From Chiloscyllium plagiosum (Eukaryota), in the NCBI RefSeq assembly GCF_004010195.1, contig NC_057719.1, positions 9,220,037-9,284,036 on the forward strand: a stretch of DNA of 64,000 nucleotides, given 5' to 3'. The notes under the pieces are model-generated. The model had not been told where the DNA came from. It searched no databases and saw nothing but the letters and a program-made list of their open reading frames with translations. Below are positions 49,850 to 61,888 of the stretch, piece by piece; the first letter of the stretch is position 1; each line of letters begins with the position of its first letter. The position numbers were made by a program, and so were the translations under genes.

Positions 49850-51103
49850 CCAGTTACTAGTGGTGTGCTACAAGGATCTGTTTTAGGACCACTGCTGTTG
49901 TCATTTTGTCATTAGACGCAGGCATAGGTGGATGGATCAGTAAATTTGCAGATGACACTAAAGTCGGTGGAGTAGTGGACAGTTTGGAAGAATGTTACAG
50001 GTTGCAGGAGGACTTGGATAAACTGCAGAATTGGGCTGAGAGGTGGCAAATGGAGCTCAGTGCAGCTAAATGTGAGGTGATGCACTTTGGGAAGAATAAC
50101 AGGAAGGCAGAGTACTGGGTCAATGGACAGATTCTTGGTAGTGTGGATGTGCAGAGGGATCTTGGAGTTCATGTGCATAGATCTCTGAAAGTTGCCACCC
50201 AGGTGGATAGTGCTGTGAAGAAGGCATACAGTGTGTTAGGTTTCATTGGTAGAGGGATTGAGTTCCGGAACCGCAATATCATGCTGCAACTATACAAAAC
50301 GCTGGTGTGGCCACACTTGGAATATTGTGTACAGTTCTGGTCGCCCCATTACAGGAAGGATGTGGAAGGTGCAGAGGAGATTTACCAGGATGTTGCCTGG
50401 TCTGGACGGAAGGTCTTGTGAGGAAAGGCTGAGAGACTTGGGTCTGTTCTCATTGGAAAGAAGGCTAAGGGGGGATTTGATAGAGACATACAAGATGATC
50501 AGAGGATTAGATAGGATAGACAGTGAAATACTTTTTCCTAGGATGATCACGTCAGCGTGTACGAGGGGCATAACTACAAATTGAGGGGNNNNNNNNNNNN
50601 NNNNNNNNNNNNNNNNNNNNNNNNNNNNNNNNNNNNNNNNNNNNNNNNNNNNNNNNNNNNNNNNNNNNNNNNNNNNNNNNNNNNNNNNNNNNNNNNNNNN
50701 NNNNNNNNNNNNNNNNNNNNNNNNNNNNNNNNNNNNNNNNNNNNNNNNNNNNNNNNNNNNNNNNNNNNNNNNNNNNNNNNNNNNNNNNNNNNNNNTTTTC
50801 CTAGGATGATGATGTCAGCTTGTACGAGAGGGCATAACTACAAATTGAGGAGTGATAGATTTAAGACAGATGTCAGAGGCAGGTTCTTTACACAGAGAGT
50901 GGTAAGGGCATGGAATTCCCTACCTGCCAATGTAGTCAACTCAGCCACATTAGGGAGATTTAAACAATCCTTCGATAAGCACATGGATGATGATGGGATA
51001 GTGTAGGGGGACGAGCTGAGAATAGTTCACAGGTCGGCACAACATCGAGGGCCGAAGGGCCTGTTCTGCGCTGAATTGCTCCATGTTCTATGTTCTATGT
51101 TCT
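49850..51103 (+). mobile_element. Young CR1 LINE, RT domain to 3' tail, spanning an assembly gap
   Basis: ISKFADDTK, LQEDLDKLQNWAERWQM, LYKTLVWPHLEYCVQFWSP; (ATGTTCT)n tail. Confidence 0.93.
50589..50795. other. Assembly gap (207 N)
   Basis: Run of N. Confidence 1.
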
Positions 51104-52509
51104 GTGTCTTGTGAAGCCACAGTGGGATATCAAGGTCAGTGATGGAATGGAAATAGTGCCTGGTAAACACTTGGGAAAACCGCACTTCCTGTGTATGACT
51201 AGAGGTTGTTGGTGGCCAGATCCATGAGTTTAACCATTACAATGTAGCACATAAGTCACAACAGTGCAGTACTATGATGTGCATTGGTCTGATCAGATTT
51301 ACTGGAAATACATAAGAGGGACAACAGGCCCCATTTATAAACTCCCTTTGACGTAAAGGATGTCCCAAGGTGCTTTGCGCAGGAGTATCAAGTGGAATCC
51401 CAACAAAAAGCACAGATGGCTAACTCAGTTGGATTTATATCACAGAAGTGTGAAGCTCCTGGGACAGAAAGAGTTCTATAGTCAACCAGAGACATTTAGA
51501 ATTAGAACTGCCTGAGCTGGTAAACATGGATACGTTTTGTCTTCTCCTGCCGAGCACTGTCTGTTGGTTCATGTCTGCATGGGTATCTCATACAATGCAA
51601 TTTTCAATATATGATGAGAACGAGATTGCCTTTTCCCTCACACATCCCCAGAGTTGTTCGCTCCGCACTGAGTCTTTGTGTGGGATCTTTGGGTCACTAG
51701 TCCAGTATAATTACCTTATTCAGGACACTGTTCCAAAGGTAGCCACTCTCCTCAGATACAAGAAGGTAGCTGGTACAATAAGCGCAAGAAAATGAGCAGC
51801 AGATGTTGGCCATTCAGCCCATCAAGCTTGCTCCACCATTTGGTAAGATCATGGCCAATTGTGACCTCAACTGCATTTTCCTTCCTCTCCCTCCCTGCCC
51901 CTTTGTAGACAAAAGACTTTCTAACCTTGAACATATCCAATGAGTGAGCCTCCACTGCACTCTAGGGAAGAGAAGTCCAAAACCATGAAAGATCCTCCCA
52001 TGAGATGAAATTCCTCCCCATCGCGATCTTTAGTGGAAGGCGACTTATCCTGCAACGGTTCCTGAGTTTTAGACTCCCATGAGGGGAGACACGATTCATG
52101 TATCTATCTCATCAAGCATCTTCAGACTTGCCTACATTTCAATAAGATCACCTCACATTTTTGTAAATTCCAATTAATATATATCGAACTTGCCCTTGGA
52201 CCGAGACCACAAGGTAAAATGCCTGAGGGAACAGAGAGGGGGATGTTGGAAGAGATAAAATTTTACATGTTAAATCACACCATTAAGAGTGAATATACTT
52301 AAATGTTAAGGCACAATTCTGTTTCAGCGATCTCAGAAAAGCCATTTTGCCTTCAACAATTCGATATTTAACTGTGTGGGCCTGGTGACTGTTGCCTGTT
52401 TCCTGGGGCTGGTTTGTTAAACCTGTGGCTGTGGTTAAAGTGAAACTAAAACTACATGGCAGTAGACAGTGGAAAAGAACTAGAATAAAAATCCTGTTCA
52501 AACGCAGAA

Positions 52510-52566
52510 CGTGTGTGTGTGTGTGTGTGCATGTGTGCGTGTGTGTGTGTCTGTGTCTGTGTGTGT
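52510..52566. repeat. (TG)n microsatellite
   Basis: Direct reading. Confidence 0.95.
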
Positions 52567-53083
52567 CATCGCTGTATAACCCCAGCATATAAAAACACAA
52601 CCAACACAATCCCACTTTGGGGACCTCAGATACACAGCAACAAGATCTTTTAAAGTGGTTACTGCCACTGGGGACTAACCTTTAAAAGCTGAACAGTGAT
52701 AGCCAGTCTAATTTATGTGTCACTACTGCATGTTCGCTGTACAATGCAATTCACATTATGAATGCTCATTACTCATAATTGGCCTAATCTAAATAATATG
52801 TTGTTGCCCTTTTTGGTTACGTTATCTCTCTGCATGCCACAGTTACTATGACTTGCTTTTATCCTGCTCTCCACAGTCATTAATCATTACTCTAACAACT
52901 GTGTTTGTACTTTGCATGAGAACACATTTGAAAGACATCGTTTTAGTGTGGGTTGGTTACAATAGTAATCATGTCTTGAGTATTATTTTATTATTAAGCT
53001 GTATGATGAAGTGAGTTAAATGCATTCAGCTAGGTCACAATATCCGTCTGGGACCTGTGAGTAAACTGGATTCATCTTTGCAG

Positions 53084-53340
53084 ATCTTAACATATTTTCA
53101 GAGATCAAGTCTTCCCCTTGCTGCTACATGTTTGAATTTCTTTTTGTATTCCTCTCTGTGTTACCATTCATTATTCGATTGTGGCCCAGGTTTCAATGCT
53201 ATTCTTGAAGATCTTAACATATTTTCAGAGATCAAGTCTTCCCCTTGCTGCTACAACATGTTTGAATTTCTTTTTGTATTCCTCTCTGTGTTACCATTCA
53301 TTATTCGATTGTGGCCCAGGTTTCAATGCTATTCTTGAAG
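53084..53340. repeat. Near-perfect tandem duplication (127 + 130 bp) of non-repeat DNA
   Basis: ATCTTAACATATTTTCAG...TATTCTTGAAG twice, differing by a 3-nt indel. Confidence 0.95.
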
Positions 53341-53496
53341 TGAGTTAGGGTTGTTGTGGAGCAGTGGTAAAACGTAAGACCTAGGAGCAGGAGGAGGCAG
53401 TTCAGCCCCTTGAGCCTGCTCTGCTATTTAATACAATCATACCTGATCTCACCTCGGCCTCAACGCTACTTTCCTGCCCACTATCCAGAACCCTTC

Positions 53497-54122
53497 ATAG
53501 AATCATAGAGATGTACAGCACAGAAACAGACCCTTTGGTCCAACTTGTCCATGCCAACCAGATATCCTAAATTAATCTAGTCCCATTTGCCAGCACTTGG
53601 CCCATATCCCTCTAAACCCTTCCAATTCATTCACCCATCCTGATGCCTTTTAAATGTTGTAATTGTATCAATCTCCACCACTTCCTCTGGCAATTAATTC
53701 CATACACACACCACCCTTTGTGTGAAAAGGATGTCTCTCAGGTCCTTTTAAGTCTTTCCCCTCTCACCTCAAACCTATCACCTCTAGTTCTGGACTCCCC
53801 CACCCCAGGGAAAAGACCTTGTCTATTCACTCTATCCATTCCCTTCATGATTTTATAAACCTTTATCAGGTCACCCCTCAGACTCTGAGGCTACAGGGAA
53901 AATAGCCCCAGCCTATTCAGCTTCTCCCTATAGCTCAAACCCTCCAATCCTGGCAACATACTTGTAAATTTTTTCTGAACATTTTCAAGTTTCACAACGT
54001 CCTTCCTATTGCAGAGAGACCAGAAATGCACACAGTATTCCAAAGTGGCCGAACCAATGTCCTGTGCAGCCGCAACATGATCTCCCAACTCCTATACTCA
54101 ATGCACTGACCAGTAAAGGCAA
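53497..54122 (-). mobile_element. CR1 (HER1-like) LINE 3' fragment
   Basis: LEYCVHFWS..RKDVVKLE.VQKKFTSMLPG motif. Confidence 0.88.
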
Positions 54123-54228
54123 CCCATTTCTAAATAATAATCTATCTCTTCCTTGAGTAGTGTTTCTACCTCTGAGCCAGGAGGCTCAGGTTAAAGTCCC
54201 ACCTGCTCCAGAGGTGTGCCATACCATG

Positions 54229-54440
54229 GCAGAAGTGAGTACTGCAGATGCTGGAGGTTAGAGTCAAGATTAGAGTGGTGCTGGAAAAGTGCAGCAGGTC
54301 AGGCAGCACCCGAGGAGCAGGAGAATCGATGTTTCAAGCAAAAGCCCTTTCCTGATGATGGGCCTTTGCCCAAAACGTTGATTTTCCGCCTCCTCGGATG
54401 CTGCCTGATTTGCCATGCTTTTCCAGCACCACTCTACTCT
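54229..54440. mobile_element. PLE family A fold-back insertion inside a short tRNA-like SINE
   Basis: Exact 14-bp TSD TGTGCCATACCATG at 54215-54228 and 54441-54454; inverted arms. Confidence 0.82.
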
Positions 54441-55835
54441 TGTGCCATACCATGCCTGAACTGGTTAATTAGAAGCTGCTATTCTTGCAGTGAGATACAC
54501 TCATTGAAATCTGTTCCAGAGTTATTAAGATGCAGGTTTCATCCCTGCTGTGTGAAGATGCTTGCAGGACTGAATAGGTCAAACTATTCTCAACTCCATT
54601 TACAACAGACCCCAGATCGCTCAGCAATGGTGGCGATTAGTCCTCATTAACCGGCAGTGACACTAGGACAGCAGGACACTGTGTGGATGGCTGGTGGGGG
54701 AATTGCAATTCTCCAGCCTGTGGTGCTGGTGAGGACAGGCTGTAATGCAGAGCGTAATTTCTGCACAATTACCAGACATTGGTGAGATTGGTCATCTCAG
54801 CAGTTACAGGAGGAGGAAACGAGAAAATTGAAAGCCTCGAACTCCAAGACTTTCCACTTCAGGCACAATCAGCCAGAAGGATCAGATTGCACTGGTTTTC
54901 AGACATTGTTCTCTCCCCCCTCAATTTCTGTTCACACTCACCGCTATATCACTGAATGTAAACACTTTCATAAGTTACAGCAATCTAATTATTTTCATAA
55001 ACTTACATTTAAAAAGAAATCCTACTTGGGTGAAAGTGATGACTTTGAGCACTTTGCTTATTCCAGCTGAAAATAGGTTTATGGCTAAAATAATGAGCTC
55101 TTTTATTCACAGTGGGTCCTCCCCAACCTGCAGTCTTAAGCAGCTGAGAACGGTTCTAAAATTGTCGAGAACCATTTAATGGTGGAGAGTGAAGGCTAGT
55201 TCTTTTGCATATTAAAAATAAATTGAAGCTTCCCTGTGAGTGAATGTGCATTAACAAAACAGAGCTGAATTTTGCAAAATGTCTGAAAGCAAGAAACAGT
55301 GCTGCTCATGTGCAGGTGCACTGGGACACCAATAACACATTAACCATTGTGTTCACGTAACTAAGTTGGTGAGGATTCTTGCAGCTGAACCCAGTGTTTT
55401 CCATTCAGTGAGGTAACTAGAGAGGGCTTTGCTCTGAATTTACCCCCTTTAAGGGCTGGAGGCCCACAGTGAGGAAACCAATAATATCAGGATCATCTGC
55501 ACAATTTGCTTCCTGAGTTTGATACTCAAGTGAAAAATGATGGACAGTAAAACAAAATAGTGTCTACAAAGGTATGTGAACCATATTATTGTCACAGACC
55601 TTTTATGTGTTTGCATCAGATTCCCCTTTGTGCAATAATCCAGTTAGAATAAATCCATACTGTACGTACATACAGGGTATATTAAATATTGCAGGCTTAT
55701 ATCTACCTTTCTGTTTCCAAGGATATTAGATAGGTTTAAAAATGACTCTGGCAACCCCGAGAATTTTTTTGACTGCTACCCGTTCCACCCACGATCTTAG
55801 GTCTTGGTGAATTTTATCCTTATTCTGACTGGCAG

Positions 55836-55962
55836 ATGATTTTGGAACAAAAGAGAAAGCTTCAAAGCGGAAGAAGGGACAAACAAAGCTCCAGATGATA
55901 TACAAAATGAATGGGTCACGCGATAGGGAAATGCAAAGGAAGGAGTTTGTGAAAGAGAGCAA
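55836..55962 (+). CDS. Candidate internal exon, DFGTKEKASKRKKGQTKLQMIYKMNGSRDREMQRKEFVKES, unassigned
   Basis: TTTTATCCTTATTCTGACTGGCAG acceptor, open purine-rich frame, GTAAGG donor; no homology recognised. Confidence 0.2.
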
Positions 55963-56151
55963 GTAAGGTAGTGACTACTGAAAGATGGCAACTTCAGAGA
56001 TGAAAGTTGCAGAAATACATCTGAAGCTGCTGTCATGAAACAAGACTTTTCAGGAACATTGTAGTGTCACTTCCTGCAGAGGAAGCAGAAACGTACATGG
56101 TGACAAACAGTCCTGGCTCTGTCTTGTCTCAGAACTCTTTCATTGAGAAAA

Positions 56152-56465
56152 TGGGGTGGTACGGTGACTCAGTGGTCAGCACTGCAGCCTGACAGGGACC
56201 TCGGTTCGATTCCAGCCTTGGGTGACTGTCTGTGTGGAGTTTGCATATTTTCCCCATTTCTGTATGGGTTTCCCCTGGGTGCTCTGATTTCCTCCCACAG
56301 TCCAAAGATATGCAGGTCAGGTGGATTAGCCATGCTAAATTGTCCATAGGGTGAGGTGTATTAGTCAGAGGGAGGTTGGTCTGGGTGGGTTGCTGTTTGG
56401 AGGGTCAGTGTGGGTGTGTTGGGTCGAAGGGCCTGTTTCACACTGTAGGAAATCTTAAATCTAAA
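56152..56465 (+). mobile_element. HE1-type V-SINE
   Basis: Head, GGTTCGATTCC, V-domain and tail. Confidence 0.88.
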
Positions 56466-56639
56466 AAAAAACAAAACCCATAAGCTGGTTGCATAGATGC
56501 AGATCATGGAGGAGGGTGAGAGAGAAGGCAGGAGGATCTAAAAAGTGAGATCCTCAGTAATAGAACAGAAATGTCCCCTCTAAATATAAGAAAAGTACTG
56601 CCAAATCTACACCCCTATGGTTGTCTGGAAAAATATGGT

Positions 56640-56771
56640 TGAAACTTTATTGCTGGAACAGCACAGCAGGTCAGGCAGCATCCAGGGCCCTGGATGCTGC
56701 CTGACCTGCTGTGCTGTTCCAGCAATAAAGTTTCAACTTTGATCTCCAGCATCTGCAGACCTCACTTTCTC
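56640..56771. mobile_element. PLE family A insertion containing a perfect 100-bp palindrome
   Basis: Palindrome 56638-56737 centred on GGG|CCC; exact 15-bp TSD CTGGAAAAATATGGT at 56625-56639 and 56772-56786. Confidence 0.9.
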
Positions 56772-56837
56772 CTGGAAAAATATGGTGCAGGCAAGATTAA
56801 ACAGACAAAAAAAGCTTATGGTAGACTCAAAAAAACT

Positions 56838-57031
56838 CAGAAGTCACACAACACCAGGTTATAGTCTGACAGGTTTATTTAAAATCACAAGTTTTTGGAG
56901 CGTCTGTCATCAGGTGAAGGACTTCGTTTGAGAAAGGAGCAGTGCTCCAAAAGCTTGCAATTTCAAATAACCCGGTGTCGTATGACTTCTGACTTTGTCC
57001 ATCCCAGTCCAACACCGGCACCTCCGCATCA
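56838..57031. mobile_element. PLE family B fold-back insertion
   Basis: Inverted arms, end CCAGTCCAACACCGGCACCTCC; CAAAAAACTCA-like flanks. Confidence 0.7.
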
Positions 57032-58161
57032 CAAAAAACTCAATGTTACCAACAGCCTAGTACAACCATGGGGCCTCCATATCACAGAAAAACTCAATGC
57101 TACAGACGGCCCAGCAGAGAAAGTTAAAAATAAAGGAAATCAAAGAGAAGGATAAACAGGATAAAAGAAAATCCAAAGGTTTCTTAACAGGTTACAAAGA
57201 GCAAAAGGATAAGGAAAAAGTGAGACCGATCAGCTTATACTTTTGACTTGGTGGATAAAGCCTAGAACTTTGTAGACACTTTAAAATAGACCAATTGGTC
57301 TGAAGAATACACTTTATTTTCCTTCTTTCCCTGTGTTTTCCCTTTTCTTTCTCTTTCCCTAATAATTAAAACAAAACAAAAATCTTGGAATGTGCTGTTC
57401 CTGGTATATTTTTATCAGTGGAGTTTATTGTGGGAACTTTTGTGGGTGCCCTTTGTTGTTTTCTCTTTTTTTTTGTTCTTTTTCGCTTTTAATCACAAGT
57501 AGGGGTGACACGGAGCTGGAGATGGGTGGAGTGCTTATCCTGACTTTGTCTTCTTTTGTTGACTCAAGAATCATCTCCCTATTTATTTACTTTTTCTTGC
57601 CTAAGGCTGAGGCACAGTCTGGGTCTGGAAGAGCTGTGCAGGGGTGGGGGGAGGGGGGGTGGGGGGGTAGGGTGAGTGCCCCCTATGGGCAGGGGGGAGA
57701 GTCTCCCATTCAAGGTTTTCTTTGTAGTGTTTTGGTTGCAATAGTTGTTTGCAGTTATGATAGAATAGTTTTTGTACACAGAATTTTGTGACTCTATGAG
57801 TCTCCATTTACTTGTGCTTGATGCACTGCAAGCAGGGTTCTCCCTCCTGGGGGTTCAAGAGTCTCTGAAAGGGGATATGGCTAAATGTCTTTTTAAATGG
57901 TGCATCTGGAACATCAAGGGAAGTAATTCGCCTGTTAAGAGGAAAAAAAATGCTTTCTAGCCTTCAGAGGGAAAGGGTTGACATTGCCCTGTTTCAGGAA
58001 ACCAATCTTGACAATGGGGAACACCTGAGGTTACAACAGGGGCGTTATAATCAGATCATCTTTTCATTCTTTACCACTTATCCAGAAGTTAAGTAGCTGT
58101 ACTTATCCAGAAGAATCTTCTGTTCACATTATTAGAGGAGGTGAAAGATGAGCAAGGGTTC

Positions 58162-58197
58162 ATTCCTGAAGAAGGGCCTGTGCCCGAAACGTCGAAT
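58162..58197 (+). ncRNA. Minimal hammerhead ribozyme motif, best-formed copy
   Basis: ATTC CTGAAGA A GGGC-CTGT-GCCC GAAACGTC GAAT; stem I ATTC/GAAT fully paired; predicted cleavage 58193/58194. Confidence 0.8.
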
Positions 58198-59416
58198 CTC
58201 CTGTTCCCTGGATGCTGCCTGACCTGCTGTGCTGTTCCAGGATTAAGGTTCAGTTTGTGATACTGAAGGCCCTGATACATGGGGAGGAATGACAGCTTAA
58301 ATATCTACTGTCCTCCGGCGCACCCCATCAAATTTTTGATTAGTGCCTTTTCTAAGTTGAGTACTTTTGGAACATGGCACATTATTTGGAGGGGGAGAAT
58401 TTTAATTGCCTTTTAGATCCGACATTGGACAGTTTGCTAGTGAGCCCCCAGCTATTTCTTCAAAGGCCAAGCAGGTGACTGACTTATTCGAGGAGTTGGG
58501 GCTGGTGAACCCTTGGTGATGTCTTCACCCTACTGGTAGAGACTGCACATTTTTTTCAAACCTGCATAAATGTCACACGAGGATAGATCTTTTTCTAGCT
58601 CCCTCAATCCTTCTGGATTCAATTATAGGTTGTAAAATTGGGAACACAGTTATCTCTGATCACACGGCGAACTATATTTGTAAGTTAAGGCCAAAGGTGA
58701 GGGGCTAGATTTGCGGCACCGGCATCTGGATCCTTTTCTCCTTAAGAATTCCAAATTTGTGGAATACCTTTTTGAGGGAAGTTCAGGAGTTCTTGACTGA
58801 TGAAAGGCATTTGCCCGAAAGGTTTTCCTGCTTCTCGGATGCTGCCTGACTTTCTGTGCTCTTCCAGCACCACACTCTTGACCAACAACTCAGGCACGGC
58901 TAGTAGTCTGCCAATGCTATGAGAAACCACGAAGGCCTTTGCTAGAGGATTAGCTATTTCCTATTCAGCTAGCTGGAAACAACAGGAGGGGGAACAGGAG
59001 CGTTTATTTGAGAGGTGGCTGAAAGCCGCTGAGGCAGCAAGTTTTGCGGTGCCTTTGGTGACTAAGCTACAGCGGATCATGGCCCTTCAGACCGCAAAGG
59101 AAGAACTTGCTTTTGCTAGACAAAGGCTGTTCGAGTATGGGGATAGGCCAGAGAGATATTTAACGTGTCTGACGAGGAAAAAGCATGCTCCCCAATCCAT
59201 TACTGCAGTTAGAGACAGCACCGGGCTCCTTACATACAATGCCAAAAGGATTAATGAGGCTTTTCAGAGTTTTTACTCTGAATTGTATCGGTCTGAATGT
59301 TGCGAGGATGGAAGGGCCAAGATGGAAGGCTTTTTAAAAAGCCTGGACCTCCCAGGGGTAACCTTGGAACAGACCCCTCTCCTCAATGCCCCCGATGGTT
59401 CAGGAAATACAGGAGG

Positions 59417-59564
59417 TAAAATCAATGACTGCAGATGCTGGAAACCAGATTCTGGATTAGTGGTGCTGGAAGAGCACAGCAGTTCAGGCAGCATCCAAGG
59501 AGCAGCGATTTCGCTGCTCCTTGGATGCTGCCTGAACTGCTGTGCTCTTCCAGCACCACTAATC
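59417..59564. mobile_element. PLE family A fold-back insertion in L1
   Basis: 57-bp perfect arms with a 2-nt loop; exact 16-bp TSD CAGGAAATACAGGAGG at 59401-59416 and 59565-59580. Confidence 0.9.
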
Positions 59565-61888
59565 CAGGAAATACAGGAGGCAGCTAGGTAACTTCAAAGT
59601 GGGAAAGCTCCTGGCCCCGATGGTCTATAAGGAGTTTACAGGGATTCTGTCAGGGCCGATGTTGGAGATATACAATCACTCCTATATGCATGAATACTTA
59701 CCACCATCTTTGAGAGAAGCTAATATTTAATTAATTCTTAAGAAGGGGAAGGTTCCGAAGGATTGTGCCTCATACAGGCCCATCTCTGTATTAAATTTAG
59801 ATTTTAAGATTCTGTCTAAGATGTTGGTGCTGAGATTGGAGAAGGTGTTGCCCTACAGTATATTGTCAAAGAGGACCAGACATTTTTAAGGGGCCGTAGG
59901 TCCTCTACTAATATGATAAGGCTGCTGAATATTATCCAAGTTTGTCAGCAATGATTGGTTCAGGGGTTGGTGATTTCCTTAGATGCAGCGAAAGCATTTC
60001 ACCAGGTGGAATGGACATATCTCTTATGTCTTTGAGCGGCTTGGGCTGGGTGGGGCCTTTGCTAGGTGGGTGGAGGCTTTATATCGCCACCCTCTGGCCA
60101 GGGTCATCATCAACAGAGTGAAGTCTGAGAACTTTAGACTTGGTAGGAGTCGTCGTCAAGGCTGCCCTCTCTCACCATTGTTGTTTACGTTGGTGATAAA
60201 GATGCTGGCAGAGGCCATTCGTCAGAACGTCCGCTTAACCACTTCGGAAGTGGGATCGAGGGCACACAAGATTACACTATATGCGGATGATGTCCTTATG
60301 TTTTTATCGGACTGATGACCTCCGTACCCCATCTGTATTAATGTATTAATTTGGGGCTTTTTCAGGATATAAGACCAACTTTGCATTGTCAGAGGCAATG
60401 CCTTTGGGGGACCTGAAGGAAGTGCCAGAGGTTGAATGTGGTCCTAGGTTCTCCTTTAAGTGGTCATGGGTAGGTTTCTGATACCTAGGTATCTTTATTA
60501 CCCCCATGCTTGATCGGTTATTTCAGACCAACTTTGCTCACCTGATCGACAATATTTGGTAGGGTCTCCAGAGATGAGACGCTCTTCCAATTTTGTGGTT
60601 GGGCCAAATAGCCCTTAAGATGAATGTCCTTTATCCCATGCATATGCTCCCTGCAATGTTTCACAGGTCAACATTGCAAAAACTTATGGATTGGTTTAGT
60701 TCCTTCTTCTGGTGTCATGGGCAGCCCCTCAAACTTACTAAATTGCAGTTGCCTCAAAGATGGGGAGGAGTTGATTGTCCAGGCATCAGGAGGTATCAGT
60801 TGAGTTCCCTGTTGTCCTTTGTGTGCGATTGGGAGGTAATGATCCAAACTCAATATGCAGCACTTAATTCAGTGCAAAGCCCATCCCTCAGTGGTGAAAG
60901 GGGCCATACATTTGGAAGTCTATTATTCTTTTTATTGGCTGGCACATTTTTTACTGTAAAAAATACCATAATTATAAAGAAGTGGTGGAGAGGGGCATTT
61001 GCATCAGCAGCTATGGTGGGTTTCAAACCTCCACTCTCAGAACATTAACCTGGACCTCTGGAGTCAAGTAATGTCAACACCGTGCCCCCTTATGCAGATA
61101 GGGAGTAGGATCATCGATGATGTACCATCAATACATATATTCTTTCATATTGGATTTCAGCTTCCCTTGGGGACGGATGGGAGAAAAGTGGAAAGTGGGT
61201 CTACACGTTGTCTGGGAAGAAATGGGAGGAAGGGGAGAGATGAAGTTACTGCAGCTGTAACCAGGAACAAATAAAGGTGCTTTGTAAATGCAAGTTATTG
61301 CTGTAAATGGCATGCAAGTGTTAACATATTCCCAGATCTCAACTCCTCATTTCTGAGGCTCTGTTTTTTTGGGAGGGGTTAAGTTCACAGTTTGTTTATT
61401 TTTCGTCCCACGTGTCCCCTAGTATTGAAATCGGAGCTATTCCAAAGGTGTAAAACCTGGTATATAACGTAATGACGAATGTAGGTGGTTTATTTTGCAA
61501 ATGTGTCATCAAACAAACAGCAATGTCATTCCACCTACTGTTGTGGGAGTGCCTATTGTTTTAGATTATGTCGCAGTAGAGCAAAGGCCCATGAGCTGGA
61601 AAGGTCGTTTAGCTCAGTTAGCTGGACGGCTGGCTTGGGAGCCAGAGTAACACCAACAGCCTGGGCTAATTGTCAAATGAGTACAGTGTAAAGTTTACAA
61701 GTCGCCACTTATGGCCACTTAGGTGAAGATACATACATATTTGATATAAAATAGGAAAAAGGTTCAGTATTAGAATGAAAAGGAAAAATGAAGAAAAGAA
61801 AATGAAAGGATACAATTTATAGTCCTTCCACCCCAGTTCATGCCGGCCATCCAGACCACACCAGGCCAAGTGTCTAGATCATGATGGG

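Larger units (their letters stand above)
57877..60857 (+). mobile_element. Degenerate L1-clade LINE ORF2 (APE endonuclease plus RT), 3' end missing, three PLE-tail inserts
   Basis: WNIKGSNSPVKRKK and DIALFQET (endonuclease), FEYGDRP, RQGCPLSPLLF and LYADDVL (RT); frameshifts and stops; T-rich upstream 57300-57876 may be inter-ORF spacer. Confidence 0.9.

Noticed and set aside
50531..50850. Apparent duplication on both sides of the second gap
   Set aside because: Most simply overlapping or mis-joined contig ends within a young CR1; cannot be interpreted without reads
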